Position numbers and translations under genes: made by a program. Source: an uncultured Gammaproteobacteria bacterium (GTDB lineage: Bacteria > Pseudomonadota > Gammaproteobacteria > Coxiellales > Coxiellaceae). Taken from it: a stretch of 64,000 nt of DNA. Positions 50,643 through 59,930 of the stretch are shown one piece after another. Every line of letters starts with the position of its first letter. The first letter of the stretch is position 1. The notes below the pieces were generated by a model that saw nothing but the letters and a program-made list of their open reading frames with translations, was not told the origin of the DNA and ran no database searches. The DNA is taken from contig CAVQDV010000002.1 of assembly GCA_963711375.1 (NCBI GenBank), positions 12,649 through 76,648 of the forward strand, given 5' to 3'.

Positions 50643-51851
50643 ATGGCGACAAAGTCTATGAATCAATATCAGAACTTGAGCAGAATGATCACATTGAGCG
50701 AAGATTCATGGACTACCGCGAGCGAAAATAATTTGGTTGATTTAGCGGTGCGGCATCTGGAGGCGCCTTTTATGCAAGCTAATGGTCAAAATTTCGTTAA
50801 TATGTGTTCCTGTTCTTATTTGGGGTGGGATCGACATCCTGCAATTCTAGAAGGGGCCATTAATGCCATTCGACAATCTGGGACCTTACATCTTACTACA
50901 GCACGTTGCCGGTTATTTTTGGATTTATTAGGGGAATTTGAGGAGAAATTAAGCGAACATTTTCAGGCAACTGCCGTTGCTTATAATTCTTGCGCGGCAG
51001 CAAGTTCAGCGGCATTGCCGTTACTGGCTTCAGGTGTTTTAACAAAAAACATCAAACCAGTCATGGCTTTTGATAAATTCGCCCATTTTTCGCTTGCTCA
51101 CATGAAGCCACTTTGCGCTGATGAAACACAGATTATCACGATCGACAATAATGATATGCAAACGCTTGAAATGCTTTGTCGGAAACATGCTCAAGTGGCC
51201 TATGTTTCGGATGCAACTTACAGTATTAAAGGATTTTCAAATCTCAAAGAATTAAAATCATTACAAGCGCAATATGGGCTTTTTCTTTATTTGGATGATT
51301 CTCATGGTTTAACAATAAACGGTGAGCTGGGACAGGGAGTTGCAATGGAAATGCTAGGGCCACCGAATGAATTGACATTGATTGTAGCATCTTTGGCAAA
51401 AGCATTTGGTTCTTCGGGCGGGGCACTTTTCTCGGGCAACAAACAGATTAAAAAATTATTGGTTCGATATGGTAATGCCTGGTCTCAATATCTTAATTCA
51501 GCAAGTATTGGCGGTGGAATTTCTTCTTTGGATTTACATAAATCTCAAGAACTTTCTATAGCGCAAAGTTCATGGCGTGACAATTTGGCTTTATTTGACA
51601 GTTGCTTTAACACAGTCAATCGTTGTGAACTGAGTCCTATTCGTGTGATTAACATTAAAACCCCATCAGCGGCTGTTAAAGCAGCCAAGCGCTTAATGGA
51701 TGCCGGTTATTATACTTCTGCCGTATTTTTTCCGGTAGTGCCCAAAAATTCAGCGGGTCTTAGGATTATGCCACGAGCCGATATTAGAAAAGAAACGATG
51801 CAAGAGTTTTGCACTTTAGCACAGGAAATATGTGCAGATGATCTCTTATGA
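50643..51851 (+). CDS. PLP-dependent alpha-oxoamine synthase family enzyme (AONS/SPT/CqsA-LqsA-like)
   Basis: NMCSCSYLGWDRHPAILEGA, LDDSHGLTINGELGQG and SLAKAFGSSGG (Schiff-base Lys context). Confidence 0.75.
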   Translation: MATKSMNQYQNLSRMITLSEDSWTTASENNLVDLAVRHLEAPFMQANGQNFVNMCSCSYLGWDRHPAILEGAINAIRQSGTLHLTTARCRLFLDLLGEFEEKLSEHFQATAVAYNSCAAASSAALPLLASGVLTKNIKPVMAFDKFAHFSLAHMKPLCADETQIITIDNNDMQTLEMLCRKHAQVAYVSDATYSIKGFSNLKELKSLQAQYGLFLYLDDSHGLTINGELGQGVAMEMLGPPNELTLIVASLAKAFGSSGGALFSGNKQIKKLLVRYGNAWSQYLNSASIGGGISSLDLHKSQELSIAQSSWRDNLALFDSCFNTVNRCELSPIRVINIKTPSAAVKAAKRLMDAGYYTSAVFFPVVPKNSAGLRIMPRADIRKETMQEFCTLAQEICADDLL

Positions 51852-52687
51852 AAGAAAAAATTATTTTAGAAAAATTCTCCAACAATCGGCACAAACTTTT
51901 TAATAATATTTTGGAACCATCCTCTCATGCATTGCTACGCCATGTTGAAATGAAAGGAATTCACGTGGTTGATCTGGGCTGTGGAGAAGGGGCATTGACC
52001 TTGTTCATGTGTCAATTAGTTGGGGCAGATGGCCGTGTGACGGCGGTCGATAAAGACGAAGTAAAGTTGAAGCGACTATATGAAAAAGCTAAAAAGTCAG
52101 GAATCAATAACCTTGTGATCTTACATGCTGATGCGACTGTAGCATTACAAAAAATTGATAACGTCGATATGGTTTACTCTCGTTTTTTCTTGATGCATAT
52201 TTCTGATCCTGTCGCGATGCTGTCTCAGATATTCCAGTGTATAAAACGAGATGCTTGTATCGTTTTAGAAGAGCCTGTACTGAGCGCAAGCCTTGATTTT
52301 CCAAAGACAAATTTTTGGGTAAAAGCAATTTTTGCCTATGAAAAACTTTGTGAGCAAACAGGCATAAATCCGAATTATGGTCTTCATCTGATACGAGATC
52401 TGCAATCAGTAGAATTTAAGATACATTTTGCGCAACAAATACAGCCAATCATTAGCGCTGAATTAGCGCAGGAATATAGTAAATATGCCATTTATTCTCA
52501 TCAAAAAGATTACTTAATTTCCGGAGTACTAAACGAAACTGAGTATAATTCTTTACTCAAAACAATTGAACAGCATCCCATCAAGAAAATTGACTATTGT
52601 GGTTTTCATGGAGTAATGCAAGTGGTATGTGGTAAAATTCGTGCGCTTGATGATTTTTTTACACATTCACAACTTCAAGATTTATAA
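51848..52687 (+). CDS. Class I SAM-dependent methyltransferase
   Basis: VVDLGCGEGALTL motif I. 4-nt overlap with the preceding gene. Confidence 0.75.
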   Translation: MKEKIILEKFSNNRHKLFNNILEPSSHALLRHVEMKGIHVVDLGCGEGALTLFMCQLVGADGRVTAVDKDEVKLKRLYEKAKKSGINNLVILHADATVALQKIDNVDMVYSRFFLMHISDPVAMLSQIFQCIKRDACIVLEEPVLSASLDFPKTNFWVKAIFAYEKLCEQTGINPNYGLHLIRDLQSVEFKIHFAQQIQPIISAELAQEYSKYAIYSHQKDYLISGVLNETEYNSLLKTIEQHPIKKIDYCGFHGVMQVVCGKIRALDDFFTHSQLQDL

Positions 52688-52710
52688 AAATAAAATGGGT
52701 AGGGGGAAAA

Positions 52711-54183
52711 TTGAATCGTCAGCCAATACATTCCGATAAAGCAGTGTTGATTATTGGTTCAGGGCCTTGTGGAATAGCGGTTGCAGACACGTTGCGATCC
52801 CAGGGGGTTAGCAGTATTGTCTTTGAAGCGGGTCCACTTCCTATTATTCATGATGGTATAAGTTATCGTAATATGGAAGAGTATCGTCAACAATTAAAAG
52901 CCTACTTATTCGTCAATGACGATGAGTGGAGATATGAAACTAATTCAAAAGATTTTGACTGGATTAGGGTCAGAGCTGCTGGGGGAAGAACACTTCGCTG
53001 GAATGGTTGGCTAGCTCACCCTAGGAAAGAGAATTTTATTTCAGCTGAAAGCCAGGAATGGCAGTGGCCATTTACGGAATTGGAACTTGAAAAACTGTTA
53101 ACACGATCCAAAAAATGGTTGAATGGTCAGGCAAGTTTTTTGGCATCTAGATATGTTAATTTAAAAAATCAACTGGGTTGTGTTGTCTTACCAAAAGCAG
53201 CTGCAATGGCTGAAAATTTAATTCGACCATTTTGTTCGCTGGACCGTTTATCTTGGTCTGCCTATAATTCGCAAACTTCAGCACAAATTCGTCTAGAGGA
53301 TCGTGTTATTGTCACGAGTATTCTGTGTGGTCGTGATGGCGTTGAGGGTGTTGAATATATTGATTGCCGAACGCGAGTAGCGCATCGCATTAAAGCTCGA
53401 GTGGTTATTCTTAGTGCATCTACAATTGAAACTACACGTATTTTATTATGTTCAGAATTAAATCGCAGTGAGGCTTATACCAAAATTGGTAAAGGATATA
53501 CAGATCATATTGCAGCCAGCTATCTGGCTATTTTACCTGATAAATTTAAAGGTGATAAAATCGCCAGCCCCTTAGCGCGTGGTGCTACAATACCCAATCC
53601 ACTTAATTCTCATCGAAGTCTTTTGCAACGGGGAGGGTTTAGCATTGAATTACATGGTCCTAATCCAGCCGAAATATATGAACCAGAGGTACTTGCCGTA
53701 GCAGGTCTTGATGCAGTTAAAGACGCAGATGTTTCTTGCATTAGCGTGAACGCCATTGGTGAGCTCTGTTCTTCGCCGAGACGTTATGTTGGCATTTCTG
53801 ATCAAGTGGATAGCCTTGGTCGTAAAATACCTAAAATTTCTCTTGAATGGGATGAAGAAGTAAAAGCGCTTGTCTTTTCGATGGAAGCTGAAGCCAAACG
53901 GGTAGCAACTGAATTAGCTGGAACGCATGGGCATGCTGTAAAGGTCCGAGAAACGTTAACGCTTGGCGGAACTGGGACCTCTCATGAAGCCAGCACCTGT
54001 CAGATTGGAATCGATGCAAATCATTCTGTCGTCGATCGAGATGGACAGGTTCATGGCATAAAAGGTTTATTTATAGCTGATGCTTCGCTGTTGCCTTCAG
54101 GGTTGGATTGTCACCCAACACTTACCATAGTGAGTTTAGCATTAAATACCGCAGATGGTGTAATTCGCTCCCTAATGATGTAG
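52711..54183 (+). CDS. GMC-family FAD-dependent oxidoreductase
   Basis: VLIIGSGPCGIA FAD fold. C-terminal HEASTCQIG...VVDRDGQVHGIKGLFIADASLLPS. TTG start as in the track. Confidence 0.75.
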   Translation: MNRQPIHSDKAVLIIGSGPCGIAVADTLRSQGVSSIVFEAGPLPIIHDGISYRNMEEYRQQLKAYLFVNDDEWRYETNSKDFDWIRVRAAGGRTLRWNGWLAHPRKENFISAESQEWQWPFTELELEKLLTRSKKWLNGQASFLASRYVNLKNQLGCVVLPKAAAMAENLIRPFCSLDRLSWSAYNSQTSAQIRLEDRVIVTSILCGRDGVEGVEYIDCRTRVAHRIKARVVILSASTIETTRILLCSELNRSEAYTKIGKGYTDHIAASYLAILPDKFKGDKIASPLARGATIPNPLNSHRSLLQRGGFSIELHGPNPAEIYEPEVLAVAGLDAVKDADVSCISVNAIGELCSSPRRYVGISDQVDSLGRKIPKISLEWDEEVKALVFSMEAEAKRVATELAGTHGHAVKVRETLTLGGTGTSHEASTCQIGIDANHSVVDRDGQVHGIKGLFIADASLLPSGLDCHPTLTIVSLALNTADGVIRSLMM

Positions 54184-54217
54184 AGATAAATATTAATTAA
54201 TAAAAGGAAGAATAAAA

Positions 54218-55507
54218 ATGAATATCTATTCGATTCAACAAATCGTAGCCCTAGCAAAATTTACCTCTCCTATTTACAAGGAATTATATGCCGATATTGA
54301 ACCTACCACACCGTTTGATGAGCTTCCAATTCTTACCAATGAACGATTAATGGATATTGTTCATGCTAAGCGTCCTGACTTCGTTTTTGCGGATGGAAAT
54401 ACCCATGGGTTGATTTTTGAATCCTCTGCATCAACCGGTAAGCCCAAAGTGACTCTTTGGGGGAGAGATGAGTGGGAAACTTCAATGCGAATATTGGCTA
54501 CTTATCATTGGCGAAATGGCTTGTTGAAAGACAATGATCGAGTTTCTAATTTGTGTGCCAGTCCCTATCTTTCTTATCGGATTGTGCACAGTGTGATTGA
54601 AAATTATCCTGGCAAATGCTCTGAAATACCTGTGGGTTGTGAAATGGAATTTTCGGAATTAAACGATATCGTTATGAAGTATGAGTCTAATGTTTTAGCG
54701 GGAATAAATTCAACATTTTTGGGTCTTGCAATGGACCTCTTAGATCGGGGAATTCAAAATAAACGGGTCGAGAGAATTCTGGCCGGTGGGGAACTGCTCT
54801 ATGGTAAACAACGCGAAGTAATACAACTGGCCTTCCCAAATGTCACCATGGTTTCTTTTTTATTTGGCACAACGGAAAGTGGTATTATCGGATTCAGTCA
54901 TTTGGATGATCAACTTGATGTTTTTAGACCATTTCCCGGAGTCAGTATCGTGGAGATTATCGATGAAAAAACCAATAAAAAAATTACAACCCCAGGTCAA
55001 GTAGGTAAATGCGTGGTTACTTCATTACTACGGGTAGCCGCTCCGGCTATCCGTATTGATACTGGTGATTATGCTGAGTGGGTGGATAACATGGATAGTA
55101 ATTCACCCTGTTTTAGAGTGCTTGGAAGAAAATTTCCTTTTAATCATAGCATCAATAACGCCCAGTTTAGTGAGACAGACATTTGGGCTTTAATTAAATA
55201 TGTAGAGGATCATATCCCTATTACAAAATTACAGGTTGAACTGCATCACGATTCGATAGAAGTGGTATACGCCTTACTCGATGGGAATAAACATGATCCT
55301 AAAATTGTTGAGGCAGCCATAAACCAAGGAATTTATAATAGGGTGCCTATTTTACATGACTCCGCCATTACACTAAAAATGCGTTTAGAAAATTTCTCTC
55401 ATTTTATTGGAGCTACTCGAAAGAAAGGCCGGCTTATCAAAGATTGCCGCACACCCAGCGGTTCGGCGTTTATCAATGCCGTATCACAGGATGGTGCAAC
55501 TCAATAA
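54218..55507 (+). CDS. Adenylate-forming ligase of the PaaK / coenzyme F390 synthetase-like family
   Basis: ESSASTGKPKVTLW (AMP-binding core), about 430 aa, with the PaaK-like N-terminal ELPILTNERL. Confidence 0.65.
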   Translation: MNIYSIQQIVALAKFTSPIYKELYADIEPTTPFDELPILTNERLMDIVHAKRPDFVFADGNTHGLIFESSASTGKPKVTLWGRDEWETSMRILATYHWRNGLLKDNDRVSNLCASPYLSYRIVHSVIENYPGKCSEIPVGCEMEFSELNDIVMKYESNVLAGINSTFLGLAMDLLDRGIQNKRVERILAGGELLYGKQREVIQLAFPNVTMVSFLFGTTESGIIGFSHLDDQLDVFRPFPGVSIVEIIDEKTNKKITTPGQVGKCVVTSLLRVAAPAIRIDTGDYAEWVDNMDSNSPCFRVLGRKFPFNHSINNAQFSETDIWALIKYVEDHIPITKLQVELHHDSIEVVYALLDGNKHDPKIVEAAINQGIYNRVPILHDSAITLKMRLENFSHFIGATRKKGRLIKDCRTPSGSAFINAVSQDGATQ

Positions 55508-56959
55508 TTGGCTACAACAACTTTTTTTCTCGCGTTTTGGTCTATGGGCCAATAGGGTGAAAGGGTTATTGATCATCGCTAAATCATTTTGAGTGTCTGC
55601 TTGTTCATCAATTTCCTGGGCTTCGATTACATTTTTTGCTGTCAGGTTTTGAATAAAGGCTTGCACATAAGCGGGGGGTAAGGTATTTAACACGATTCGA
55701 TATTTTTCAAATAAGGCTTGTCGAATATAGTCATTTCCATTTAAGCGTAAGGCCATGAAACGGTTTTGAATGTCAATAACATTACCCGTAATGGCAAAAA
55801 ATTTGGAAATGATTGCTCCTGAAATGACCCAACCCAGAATAGCGTGTTGCAGAGTAGGGTCAGAAAAGAGGTCGATCACAACTTTGGATCGGCCTGAAAA
55901 TGCCAATATAGTGAAGGCATAGGCAATGAATAAAAAAACAAGCGTTGTTTTCGGGTGATTAATGAAAGCAGGATTTAGATTATTAATACCATAAAGTTTG
56001 TTGGTAATAAAGGTGTAAATTGTGGAAACCAAGGTAGTCGAAAATAAAAATTCCAGGAAATAGGTTGGTAATGTAGTGATTAATCCAATTAACCCTGAAA
56101 AAAATCTAGGGATCGAAAAATTCTTGATCATACCTTCATAAGTTAAATAGGTGGTAACGACTTCCCAAGATAAAGGCAACAAGAAACCCAATACTTTGCT
56201 ACTGCTATGAAGCCCATAAAAAAAAATTTTAGGGTGGGCCTGTCGAATTCGATAGGTTGGTAAAAATTGCACTCCAGCATTATAAAATTCCATAATAATA
56301 GGTTCAAGATTTTCCAACGTGAGCGGTGTTTCGCTGAAAGCGCTTTTGTGGACCCCATATTCTAAAAAGGCAAGAATAAGATCTCTTTGCTCTCGCAAGT
56401 GTGGAAGTTTTCGGTATCGAATTATATCGTTATATATTTGTCGAAATAAAATATTAAAACTGGCTGAATTCGTAGAGATGTCGAGAAATAGTGAAAATGG
56501 TAACATCCAGGGAGAATTGTATCTTAAAGTAATTAATGCCCCTGGTACAGCGGATCCAACGCCTAATATAATTGAGGATAGAGTAATGACTAATTCTGGG
56601 GCTCGATTTGTTTTTGGATTGCTGCGAATAAGGCCGATATAATCAAAAAAGTTGCGTACTGACCAGACGCTCACAGATCCCAGAGCTACATAGATGCTAA
56701 TTCCATAAGCCACGCCTAAATAAGGGTTTGAGGCAAATTGATACGCTGGAATGATATAAGGAACACCCGCGTTAACCGAAAGCAGATAACAAACACCTTT
56801 CGAGAGATCAACATACCAGGGGCTTTGATGAGGTTTGATTGTTTGATTATAAATAGTTTGCAATTGTCTAAAGACACGTGTGGAAAGTTCGTCAAGTTCG
56901 ACTGTGTTTTGATAACCGCTCTCATTGGTTTGATCGAGATCAATAGATTGATTACGCAT
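55484..56959 (-). CDS. Large polytopic membrane protein, function unknown
   Basis: About 10-12 hydrophobic segments. I prefer the ATG at 56959 (MRNQSIDL). The 3' end overlaps the convergent ligase gene by 24 nt. Confidence 0.5.
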   Translation of the reverse strand: MRNQSIDLDQTNESGYQNTVELDELSTRVFRQLQTIYNQTIKPHQSPWYVDLSKGVCYLLSVNAGVPYIIPAYQFASNPYLGVAYGISIYVALGSVSVWSVRNFFDYIGLIRSNPKTNRAPELVITLSSIILGVGSAVPGALITLRYNSPWMLPFSLFLDISTNSASFNILFRQIYNDIIRYRKLPHLREQRDLILAFLEYGVHKSAFSETPLTLENLEPIIMEFYNAGVQFLPTYRIRQAHPKIFFYGLHSSSKVLGFLLPLSWEVVTTYLTYEGMIKNFSIPRFFSGLIGLITTLPTYFLEFLFSTTLVSTIYTFITNKLYGINNLNPAFINHPKTTLVFLFIAYAFTILAFSGRSKVVIDLFSDPTLQHAILGWVISGAIISKFFAITGNVIDIQNRFMALRLNGNDYIRQALFEKYRIVLNTLPPAYVQAFIQNLTAKNVIEAQEIDEQADTQNDLAMINNPFTLLAHRPKREKKSCCSQLLSCTIL

Positions 56960-57092
56960 GTTCTTCCCTAGATTATGTAAAACGAGAAACTGTAACAAAT
57001 CTTGCGGAATTAATACACTTGTATTTTAAGACGACAAGTCTCTTCTTTTGTATGGGCTGTAGCTGAATTTCGGGGGCAGTGTATTCTCTGAA

Positions 57093-58748
57093 TTAAATGG
57101 GTACTTCATGCTTCGAGGCGATGATGTTAAGAATCTCAGTGAGATGATGAAATACTTTATTTTCAGCAATCCATCGTAAAATTTCCATATTTTCTAATTT
57201 ATGTAACACCCTGGCATTCGCCCCACATAGATAGACTTTGACACTTCTTTTATGATAGTGCTCGAGCAATTCATTAAAAGTTTCGAGACCAGTCATGTCC
57301 ATAAAAGGCACTTCTTTAAGCTGAAAAATAATGATTTTTGGATCCTCGTGAGTGGTGGCTAGCGCATGCTCTATTTTTTCGGCCACTCCAAAAAAGAAGG
57401 GACCTTGAATCGTGTATACCATAACGCCCGGGGGTAAAATGCGCTTTTCCAATTCGGCTAACTCGCGTTGCAGAACTTCTGGCTTTTGCTCCTCGACGAT
57501 GACCGATTGGTGCATTCGAGCCACAAAAAATAGCATGGCGAGAAGCACTCCAACATTGACGGCGACGACTAAATTCGTAAACACCGTTAATAAAAAAGTG
57601 ACCACTAAAATCAATACATCATAACGCGGAGCGCGTTTAATAATGCGAATAACATGCGGGACATCGCTCATATTGTAGGAAACAACAAATAAAATCGCAG
57701 CTAGTGTGCATAGGGGAATATCAGAGGCTAATGGTGCTAATAATAGAAGTATGAGCACCAAAAGGAGGGAGTGAACAATCGCCGCAATGGGGCTATTTCC
57801 GCCATTTCGAATATTCGTTGCAGTGCGCGCAATTGCGCCGGTTGCCGCGAAACCACCAAAAAGCGGGGCGATAATATTCGCTAGGCCTTGTCCGATTAAT
57901 TCCTGGTTTGAATTATGTCGAGTGCCAGCCATGCCATCGGCAGCGGCGGCCGAGAGCAGGGATTCGATGGCACCCAATAAAGCTATGGTAAATGCCGGAC
58001 CAATTAATTCCAGAGTCTGGCCAAATGATTTTAACGGAATGTGAAAAGAGGGTAATTGCTGAGCGATTCCACCAAACGCACTGCCGAGTGTAGCCACATT
58101 TTTAAAATGAAAATAAGACTGTAATGCCGTAACGACGAGCATCGCAACTAAGGGGCCTGGAACGCGTCTTAAAAGTCGAGGGGTTATCAGCACCAAAAAA
58201 ATACTAAGAGCAGCCAAGCTGGTCGTCGTGAAGTTAAAATATGGCAAGGCTTGAGTGAGCAGAATTATTTTTTGATAAAAAACGGCATTTAATGGAATAT
58301 GCACGGATAATCCAAAAAAATCCTTCCACTCTCCAACAAAAATAATAACCCCAATTCCACCCGTAAATCCTACGATGACAGGATCGGGAATAAATTTAAT
58401 GACATTACCAAGCTTCACAAAGCCCATAAAAAGCAGAATAAAACCCGCCATGATGCAAGCCACTTGTAGACCACTTATACCATAATGCGCCGTGACGCTG
58501 GCAAGAATAACGATAAAGGCGCCCGTTGGGCCGGCGATCTGTACACGGCTTCCACCAAAAAGACCCACTACTAATGCAGCAATCATCGCCGTGTAAAGAC
58601 CCTGTTCTGGCTTTACGCCAGACGCAATCGCAAAGGCCATTGCCAGGGGTAGTGCTACGATACCCACAATTAATCCAGCCACGATATTGGGCCACCAATT
58701 TTTGTATTTTAATAAGCCAGCGCGATAGGCCTCAACAATTGTGATCAT
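57093..58748 (-). CDS. SulP-family anion transporter with a C-terminal STAS domain
   Basis: 551 aa. SulP signature region (GLYTAMIAALVVGLFGGSRVQIAGPTGAF) and a STAS-like tail. Confidence 0.85.
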   Translation of the reverse strand: MITIVEAYRAGLLKYKNWWPNIVAGLIVGIVALPLAMAFAIASGVKPEQGLYTAMIAALVVGLFGGSRVQIAGPTGAFIVILASVTAHYGISGLQVACIMAGFILLFMGFVKLGNVIKFIPDPVIVGFTGGIGVIIFVGEWKDFFGLSVHIPLNAVFYQKIILLTQALPYFNFTTTSLAALSIFLVLITPRLLRRVPGPLVAMLVVTALQSYFHFKNVATLGSAFGGIAQQLPSFHIPLKSFGQTLELIGPAFTIALLGAIESLLSAAAADGMAGTRHNSNQELIGQGLANIIAPLFGGFAATGAIARTATNIRNGGNSPIAAIVHSLLLVLILLLLAPLASDIPLCTLAAILFVVSYNMSDVPHVIRIIKRAPRYDVLILVVTFLLTVFTNLVVAVNVGVLLAMLFFVARMHQSVIVEEQKPEVLQRELAELEKRILPPGVMVYTIQGPFFFGVAEKIEHALATTHEDPKIIIFQLKEVPFMDMTGLETFNELLEHYHKRSVKVYLCGANARVLHKLENMEILRWIAENKVFHHLTEILNIIASKHEVPI

Positions 58749-58936
58749 TTATTTTCTCGGGGTTTTTTATCGGGAATTTTTACTTCAAAAGGTAGACCTT
58801 TGGCTAAGCAAATTTGAGTATAAAAAAGCCGTATTGCTTCTGCTGAAGAAAGGCCAACTTTCTGCAGTATTTTTTCTGCCTGGGCTTTAAGCTCAGGTTC
58901 TATGCGGGTATTAATGGTGGCGTCCTTAAAGGGCAT
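58745..58936 (-). CDS. RelB/DinJ-family ribbon-helix-helix antitoxin-like protein (orphan)
   Basis: MPFKDATINTRIEPELKAQAEKILQKVGLSSAEAIRLFYTQI...LPFEV is DinJ-like. Its stop overlaps the SulP ATG (ATGA). GAGGA RBS. Confidence 0.65.
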   Translation of the reverse strand: MPFKDATINTRIEPELKAQAEKILQKVGLSSAEAIRLFYTQICLAKGLPFEVKIPDKKPRENK

Positions 58937-59687
58937 GAGTTTATTCCTCGTTTCGGATTGTATAACACATGTTACACAAATTATCAACGACGCGGATCCT
59001 TAATGTCAAACCAAAATGAAAATCGTTGACAGCTGAGAAAGACGCACGAATCGAAAAAATGGCCCAAGAGCTCGTGAAAAAAATAAATGGCATTCAAACG
59101 CCACGGAATTGATTGATGAAATTCGCTTCTCTCTTTTATGCCCCACTACCTACACGCAAGCGGGAAATGATTTTTTAAAAAACTCAACACTCTTGTAAAA
59201 TGCTTTCGAGAGGGTCGTTGGGCGCTCGCCATAGCTAAACACAAAAAAGCCTAAGCTGAATTGAAGAAATTTAATCAATCACAAATGCAGGCGAAAAATT
59301 CATCGATAGGGGAGGGCAGCTAATGAACGCGCCACCCAGCCGAGAAATAATTCAACCCATCAGGCAATTTGTAGCGCGATATCGAACCACTGGTCGCCTG
59401 AAATTACCACATCAAGAATGGGAACAATTTTCTGGGTTTTTTCAAAAGCAAAAAGTACTTGAAATTATCACCGTTTTTAGTGCAAGATAAATACCCAAAG
59501 CCTCTTGATTTTAGGTTCTGCGCCTTGTTCTTTTTTTCGCTCTAGTTTAAAAAAATGTCGACAATGTCCCAGACATCTAAAATCAAAAGGCTTTGGGTAT
59601 ACGGCAGCCGTTCTAGAAAAAATCAAATTTTGAAAAAATAGCCTTGATTAATCAGAAAAGGAATTTACACAAGTGAGAATAGTAACG

Positions 59688-59930
59688 ATGTCAAAAGTAT
59701 CCATATCACGTCTAGACATATTAAAAGCGCAAGCAGCCAAATTGGCCGTGCAGATTCAAACCACTGAGGGCTGTCTTAAAACAAGCGAAGGTAAACAAGA
59801 AATGCGTCGTAAAATTTTGATTGGCTCTTACTCACTTGAAGAGACCAGAAAAAATAATATCCTAGTAAAGCGTAAAGCTACAATACTTAAGTTCTTAAAT
59901 TGCGATGGCGAAAAAGCCTTGTATGAATAA
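59688..59930 (+). CDS. Small TraD-like (conjugal-transfer accessory) protein, possibly a remnant
   Basis: A coiled-coil N-terminus followed by RRKILIGSY resembles the RRKILxG motif of small TraD-family proteins. Weak call. Confidence 0.3.
   Translation: MSKVSISRLDILKAQAAKLAVQIQTTEGCLKTSEGKQEMRRKILIGSYSLEETRKNNILVKRKATILKFLNCDGEKALYE

Noticed and set aside
59323-59490. 56-aa ORF (MNAPPSREIIQPIRQFVARYRTTGRLKLPHQEW...), below the track cutoff
   Set aside because: It has no recognisable family and no clear RBS, and it lies in a region that looks like decayed intergenic DNA.
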